Below, in pieces: positions 38,363 to 64,000 of a stretch of DNA of 64,000 nucleotides. This stretch comes from Eledone cirrhosa (Eukaryota). Position numbers and translations under genes: made by a program. The notes under the pieces were generated by a model. The model had not been told where the DNA came from. It was given only the letters and a program-made list of their open reading frames with translations, and searched no databases. The DNA lies in contig OZ024751.1 of the NCBI GenBank assembly GCA_964016885.1, positions 21,886,001 through 21,950,000 on the forward strand. Reading direction: 5' to 3'. Position 1 is the stretch's first letter. Each line of letters starts with the position of its first letter.

Positions 38363-38672
38363 CATCAACCTCTATACCACTTCTGTATCTCCCGTTTTGT
38401 CTTTCCACAAGTCTGTCTGTCTGTCACTGTTTTTTTTTTTTCTCTGACAGTCTCTCTCTGTATCTCTCTTCCTCTCTCTCTGCACCCCCCCTCTCTCTCT
38501 CTCTCTCTCTCCTGCTCTCTCTCTCTCTCTCTCATCTGCTGTGTCTCTCCCCCCTCTCTCTCTATCTGCCAGCCCCCCCCCCCCTCACTCTCTCTCAAAC
38601 GCATTCACACAGACATACACAGACGCATATACACTAACACTAACTATTAGCCACATCATCGATAGCTATTGT

Positions 38673-38728
<56 letters not shown>

Positions 38729-38812
38729 TATCTTCGCCGCCGTCGTCATCATCAACATTCAACAATTCTTCCCGTTTGTCTTCCTGCTGTTATCTATAAG
38801 GACACACACACA

Positions 38813-38851
<39 letters not shown>

Positions 38852-38994
38852 ACACTCACATATAAACATATATTTGTACAGGCATACACATACATGTATA
38901 CACACATACACACACATATATATATATAGAGAGAGATATTTATACATACATATACATACATTTATTCACACACACACCGACCGACACACACACC

Positions 38995-39087
<93 letters not shown>

Positions 39088-39234
39088 ACACACTCACATA
39101 TAAACATATATTTGTACAGGCATACACATACATGTATACACACATACACACACATATATATATATAGAGAGAGATATTTATACATACATATACATACATT
39201 TATTCACACACACCGACACACACCGACACACACC

Positions 39235-39319
<85 letters not shown>

Positions 39320-39466
39320 TGTTTACACACACATATACATGTATACATATATATATAAGGCAGAGATCTTAAGTAGAATGCCGACCAGAAGACAACATTC
39401 ATTCAATAAGCTAACTAAACGGTAACCATTAATTAATTAACTAATTATAACTATTCCTTATAAACC

Positions 39467-50837
<11,371 letters not shown>

Positions 50838-50869
50838 AGAGACACAAATAACCGCAGCAGCACTTCAGT

Positions 50870-50875
50870 AATAAA
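50870..50875 (+). terminator. Candidate polyadenylation signal of DNase I
   Basis: AATAAA 32 nt after the stop, followed by U/GU-rich sequence. Confidence 0.55.
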
Positions 50876-51692
50876 AATCTGAAATTTATGTATTTTATAT
50901 TCTTGTTACTGTAATTTTAGTTTCCCAAATTTTTATTTTGTTTTTTTTTATCATTGAATGGGATATCAATTTGATAATCGATATCTGATCACTATGGTAT
51001 CTACTGGACAATCAACGTAACAGGATTAAGACAACCACCAAGTAATCGATAACTGATAATTTTGGCATTTACTAAATAATCGATACCAGATCATTATGGT
51101 ATAGATCTACTAGGTTGAGCAAACACAGGATTGGTCCAGCATCAAACAACAATGACACTACTCCAACTACGACCAATACTACCACCACCAACAACAACAC
51201 TACCACCACCACCACCACCATCATCACCACGAACACCAAGCCCACCCTTCACCACCAACAACAACAGTTAATGCTACAATGTCTCTCTTCCTATAGGGCC
51301 TAACAGGATTTGGAAGGATTTAGAAGAAGGACACAAGGAAAATAAAAAAGTAGAATATTTAAAACTAAAATATATAAAATATACTGAATGATAATTGTTT
51401 CTACGTTTGGCACAAAGCCAGTGTATTACTGGTACTTTATTTTATCGACCCCGGAAGGATGAAAGGCAAAGTTAACCTCGACGGGATTTGAACTCAGACC
51501 GTAAAGGGACGTAACTATGCTGGAAAGCATGGCGTCGACCCTCTATCAATACTGCCAATTCGCCGCCCTTATACTGAACAATAATAATAATGGTTTCTTT
51601 ATTGGCCACAAGGGCTAACATGAAGAAAAATATTACAGACGGCACAGAACCGTACTGGACGATACAAAGTGGGTTTTGGCCGTGTAAAAAGG

Positions 51693-51751
<59 letters not shown>

Positions 51752-51923
51752 GATAAATCTACCAAGAGTTTACGGTAGTAATTTTGTATAATTTTGTACA
51801 TAGATCTGTTAAATATACATGCCAATTCTAACACATATATATCCCAGAAACGATCGTTAAATAATGAACTTTTTTTGTTTAATATAAGGAACTGTTTCAT
51901 TGTTTTATTCATTATTTTTTTAA

Positions 51924-51995
<72 letters not shown>

Positions 51996-52291
51996 CAGTC
52001 CATAACGGGGTCTCGTATTATTTACGAGTGAACCCCCTGTGTTAAGTGGGTCACTTCCTCTAAACTCTTATTAAGTTTATTTCGAAAGTTTCTAACCTTT
52101 TATTCAAGTTTAAAACTTGAATAAAAGGTTAGAAACTTCGGAATAGATGTTCACAGTTGAAAATAACTGGAGCCAACAAGGCTTCACCTTCAATAACAAT
52201 GATAATAGTAATTGTTTCTATTTTTGGCACAAGGCCAGCAATTATCCCAGTGCATTACTGGTGCTTTATTTTATCGACTCCGTAAGGATGA

Positions 52292-52323
<32 letters not shown>

Positions 52324-52964
52324 TATATCTATCTAGGTTGTTCTCTGTTGGTGTGGGAACAGACACAATAGTAATAACAGCTGCAATAAGATAGTAACAA
52401 CAACAACAACAACAGCAACAACGACAACATCAACAACAACAGCAACAACAACATGAACAACAACATAAACAACGGCAACGAAAAAGAAAGGCACCAACAA
52501 AATGATAGCGCAAAAAGAATTACAAGATAGCACGAGCAACAATAACAAAAACAAATGAGAAATAAGACGATATCAACAACAAGACACTCATAACAACAAC
52601 ATCATCATTATCTAGAAGAAGAAGAAGAAGAACAACAACAACAACAATAGCAACATCAACAGAGTAGCTACGAAATAACAACTGATACAACAACGCCATA
52701 AATGTAAAGACAGATCCAAAATGGCTGACTAGTTAACGAATTCGTTTCACAGTTACATAGTTTCTAGTTCAATCTCACCATGCAGCAGCTTGGGTAAGTC
52801 TTTTCTACACTAATCCCTGCTCCTATCCCCGGAGGTTAACTATTTTCTTGATGTGGAATTTGGTAGACAAGAGCTGAGGACGGTTGAGAATCATTCCCAT
52901 TTGAGAAGCGTCTTTTCCATTGGTCAATCTGTTTAATTTTTGTGAGAAGCAGTATCTATTAGGG

Positions 52965-53225
52965 GTTGGACTTTCGATCATAATGTCATGGGTTCGATAC
53001 CTGGGCTGGATTGCGTGATATTGTTCTTGAGCAAAACACTTCATTTCACGTTGCTCCAGTATAATCAGCTGAAAAGGAGTACCAGCATTAGCTGCGGCTT
53101 TAACCCTGCGATGGACTAGCATCCTGTCCAGGGGGAAGTCTTGTACTCTCAGTCACTTCACGCCATGAAACCGGGGATAAACACCGGTCTAACGAGCCTT
53201 AAATGGCTTATGACAAACTTTAGAC
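52965..53225 (+). mobile_element. Family-A SINE
   Basis: GGTTCGATACC B-box, TTGAGCAAAACACTTCATTTCACGTTGCTCCAG. Confidence 0.75.
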
Positions 53226-54000
53226 TATAAATCCGGCAGATTAGCAGTATCAGTGGAGCCCATCCCTCTACAGGTCTGAATGCAGCAGATTTCTCACAGA
53301 GAAGGTTAGGAAACAAGAGAGAGGAAGTGAGAAAGATATACAGCGGAAGGATCGACTCTAGTACTAGAGTGGCACTTTTTTATCGACCTTGAAAGGTAAA
53401 GTCGACCTCGGAGGGATATGAATTCAGAGAGCAAAAAGCCAGAATGAATACTGCAAAGCATTCTGTCTGATGTTCTAACAACTCTACCAATTCATCGCCT
53501 TATTTCAATTGTAAAACCATGTTTTAGTTCTTTGAACACCAACCCATTCCAAACTTGTCTTTAATTAATTGTCCAAATTTAAATTCTAATCTTGGACCGA
53601 AATCAATGAGAGGTTAGCTTTGCTTTTCATCCTTCTAGGAGTCGATAAAATAAAATACCAGTAACGCACTGGGGTCGATTTAATCAATTTTCCTTTCCCC
53701 AAAAATGTTGGCCTTGTGCCTAAATCAGAAACCATTATCCCAGGTGAGAAGGGGCGGTAGATTGGGTAACACCAATAACAGCAGCACCAGGAACAGTAGC
53801 AGCAACAATAGTAACAACAATAGTAGCAGCAGCAGCAGAGGCAGCAATAACAACAATAACAACAACAACAACAACAACTAGAAAAGGAGAACAACTGCAG
53901 TAGTACCCAAAAGGAGAATAACTGCAGTAGAACCCAAATTTGGAAACTTGTACAACGAGTTCTATCTGTATCTGTAGCAGAAAGAGAGAGTAAGAGAGAG

Positions 54001-54085
<85 letters not shown>

Positions 54086-54205
54086 CAGGATTGGAGGACC
54101 GTTATTTTGTTTTCGGTTGAGCGTGACCTTTTTAGATGTTTGAAACATCAAGATATTTTAGTGGAACATACACACACACGCACACGCACACGCACACACA
54201 CACGC

Positions 54206-54243
<38 letters not shown>

Positions 54244-54403
54244 TTTTAGACATGGTTCACCTTGAGGTCTTCACTAATGATCAGCACGCGTTTACAAAAC
54301 TATTTCTAATTTTCTAATGTAGCCGTTCTCTTTACTTAAAGCTCAGCAAATAAAAGACATATACCACATACTGCTTATATATATATATATATATATACAT
54401 ATA

Positions 54404-54451
<48 letters not shown>

Positions 54452-55039
54452 CTATATATATATGCATATATATATATATATAGACACATATACTGTATAT
54501 ATATATATACACTGTATATTATATATATACCCTATATATAGTGTAGATACCTATTATTTAATTAAGTTTAAGGTTTTCTCTTCAATTTATTACATTCTTT
54601 CTCGACTTCTTTCTCTTTACCCCCTCCCCTCATGGGAGTAAAAAAAAGAAACAAAGAAGAACCTAGAAAAAGGGGGGGGGGAGAGAAAAGAAACAGACAG
54701 AACAACAGCAACAGTAACAATAACAAGAAGATGAAGTAGTAGAAGAAGAAAAAGAAGAAGAAGAAGAAGAAGAAGATGAAGAAGAAGAAGAAGAAGAAGA
54801 AGAAGAAGAAAAGGAAGAAGAGGAAGAAGAGGAAAAGGAAGAAGAAGAGGAAGAAGAAGAGGAAGAAAAGGAAGAAGAGGAAAAGGAAGAAGATGTAGAA
54901 AACCAAAGTAATTGGATAATGAGAAAGCCAGGAGAAAGTTATCAATCTAACCAGTCTCATGTATTCTATAAGGAGAAAGTCTACTTGATATACGTTACCA
55001 CCAGTTCTGTGAGTGTGGGATCTTGATTCCTCTCTTGAC

Positions 55040-55480
55040 ATCATCTACCTCTTGTCCACTTCTGTCTACCTCTTGTCCACTTCTGTCCACTTCTGTCTAC
55101 CTCTGGTCCACTTCTGTCCACTTCTGTCTACCTCTTGTCCACTTCTGTCTACCTCCGGTCCACTTCTGTCCACTTCTGTTCACTTGTCTACCCCTTGTCC
55201 ACTTCTGTCCCCACTTCTGTCTACCTCCTGTCCACTTCTGTCTACCCCTTGTCCACTCCTGTCCACTTCTGTCCACTTCTGTCCACTTCTGTCTACCTTC
55301 TGCCCACTTCTGTCCACTTCTGTCCACTTCTGTCTACCCCTTGTCCACTTCTGTCTACCCCTTGTCCACTTCTGTCTACCTCTTGTCCACTTCTGTCTAC
55401 CCCTTGTCCACTTCTGTCCACTTCTATCTACCCCTTCTCCACTTCTGTCTACCTCTTGTCCACTTCTGTCCACTTCTCTC
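55040..55480. repeat. Pyrimidine-rich 10/21-bp minisatellite (CACTTCTGTC / TACCTCTTGTC)
   Basis: Direct inspection; ends about 290 bp upstream of the Pif-like ATG. Confidence 0.9.
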
Positions 55481-55768
55481 TAAGTCTGACTACTTCTGTC
55501 CTGTCCTCTCCTTTCTTGACATAACCTACCTCCTGTCTACTTCTTTCCATATTTGCCTACTTCTGTCCAATTCTGTACCCTCCTGTCCCCTTCTATCTAC
55601 CTCCTGTCGCCTTCTATCCCTTTCTATTCCCTTCTGTCCTCTTCTGTCTATTCCGTCCCCTTCTCTCCACTTCTATGACCACGTCTGTGTACGTCTGTCC
55701 CCTGTCCACTCCAGACCAATCAACAACAGTTCAATTGATTCACAGTCCCCATATCACAGGAAGAAAAC

Positions 55769-62984
<7,216 letters not shown>

Positions 62985-62987
62985 GTA

Positions 62988-63282
62988 AGTATAGTATAGT
63001 ATAGTATAGTATAGTATAGTATAGTATAGTATAGTATAGTATAGTATAGTATAGTATAGTATAGTATAGTATAGTATAGTATAGTATAGTATAGTATTGT
63101 ATTGTATAGTATAATATAGTATAGTATTGTATAGTATAGTATAGTATAGTATAGTATAGTATAGTATAGTATAGTATAGTATAGTATAGTATAGTATAGT
63201 ATAGTATAGTATTGTATTGTATAGTATAATATAGTATAGTATTGTATAGTATAGAATAGTATAGTTTAGTACAGTATAGTAT
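62988..63282. repeat. (TATAG)n pentanucleotide array
   Basis: Starts directly at the exon-4 donor; reverse complement of 60650-61253. Confidence 0.95.
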
Positions 63283-63330
63283 ATACGTATATATATCATC
63301 ATTTTACGTCCGCTTTTCCCTGCTTGCAAG

Positions 63331-63363
<33 letters not shown>

Positions 63364-63850
63364 TATTGTTAAGCAACAGTATTTCCAAACCAGGGTTTTC
63401 TCACTCCTGATGGAGGAATCCTTCCCTGGTTGACCTCCAGCGTTTTCTTTTTGGTTTTGACCATGTCTTACCACACTTACCACACTTGACCGATTGCGGA
63501 TTGGTGAGGCTTTTTAACCCATAGTTGAGGTGGATGGCTGTTGACTTTGACGAGTTCATCCAGCCTTTTAACAGATCTTGTTTTTTGTGCTGCTAGGGTT
63601 CCAATTACGCTCCTCACCAGACCAGAGATTGGTGGGCGAGTCAGTTTAGCCACCAATCACTCGACCATGGAGCAGGTTGTGATGGGTTACATGGTACCAG
63701 TAGCAGGCAGAAGCCTGACCTGAGCTCAGTATAACAGAAATGGAATGGACCGCTTAAGGTTTCAAACTTCAACCTAAATATAGAATGTCTATGTCCTATT
63801 CTGGTAGAAATTTGAAAACTTAGGTAGTATGCATTTCTGTTGAGATCTTA

Positions 63851-63886
<36 letters not shown>

Positions 63887-64000
63887 TGTATGTATAGTAT
63901 ATTTGGCAATATACCGTATCTTTAATTAAAAACTTTTTGAAGACCTTGCGCTATCATTTTTAAAGTAGTGACTATGTCACTTACTTCCTTTTTCGGCAAA

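Noticed and set aside
37590-38650. Cys/Leu/Val-rich ORFs of 244-338 aa
   Set aside because: Translations of a (GTT)n minisatellite and CT repeats.

Overview
AT-rich, intron-rich animal genomic DNA dense in microsatellites and tRNA-derived SINEs. The repeat landscape and gene content suggest a coleoid cephalopod (octopus-like); this is an inference. Three spliced + strand genes can be rebuilt by hand from GT-AG exons with consistent phases. (1) A vertebrate-type (type II, clock-repressor) cryptochrome, 3270-23479, 12 exons, about 549 aa, with upstream E-box/RORE motifs. (2) A secreted DNase I, 39467-50837, 7 exons, 290 aa, with all catalytic residues present. (3) The 5' part of a secreted Pif-like protein (signal peptide, two chitin-binding-like Cys repeats, LamG-like domain) running from 55769 to beyond 62984. 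Almost all long ORFs in the supplied track are simple-repeat artefacts. Most notable observations: a genomic Ser (AGT) replacing the near-invariant Gly of the CRY SPYLRFGCLS motif, in UAG context with a candidate intronic complementary sequence, which suggests restorative A-to-I recoding; an apparently intact minimal type I hammerhead ribozyme inside a long inverted repeat; a cluster of near-perfect fold-back palindromes with Penelope-like termini at 33-52 kb; a 3-kb satellite amplified from a SINE head inside a DNase I intron; and several inverted repeat pairs that bracket exons.
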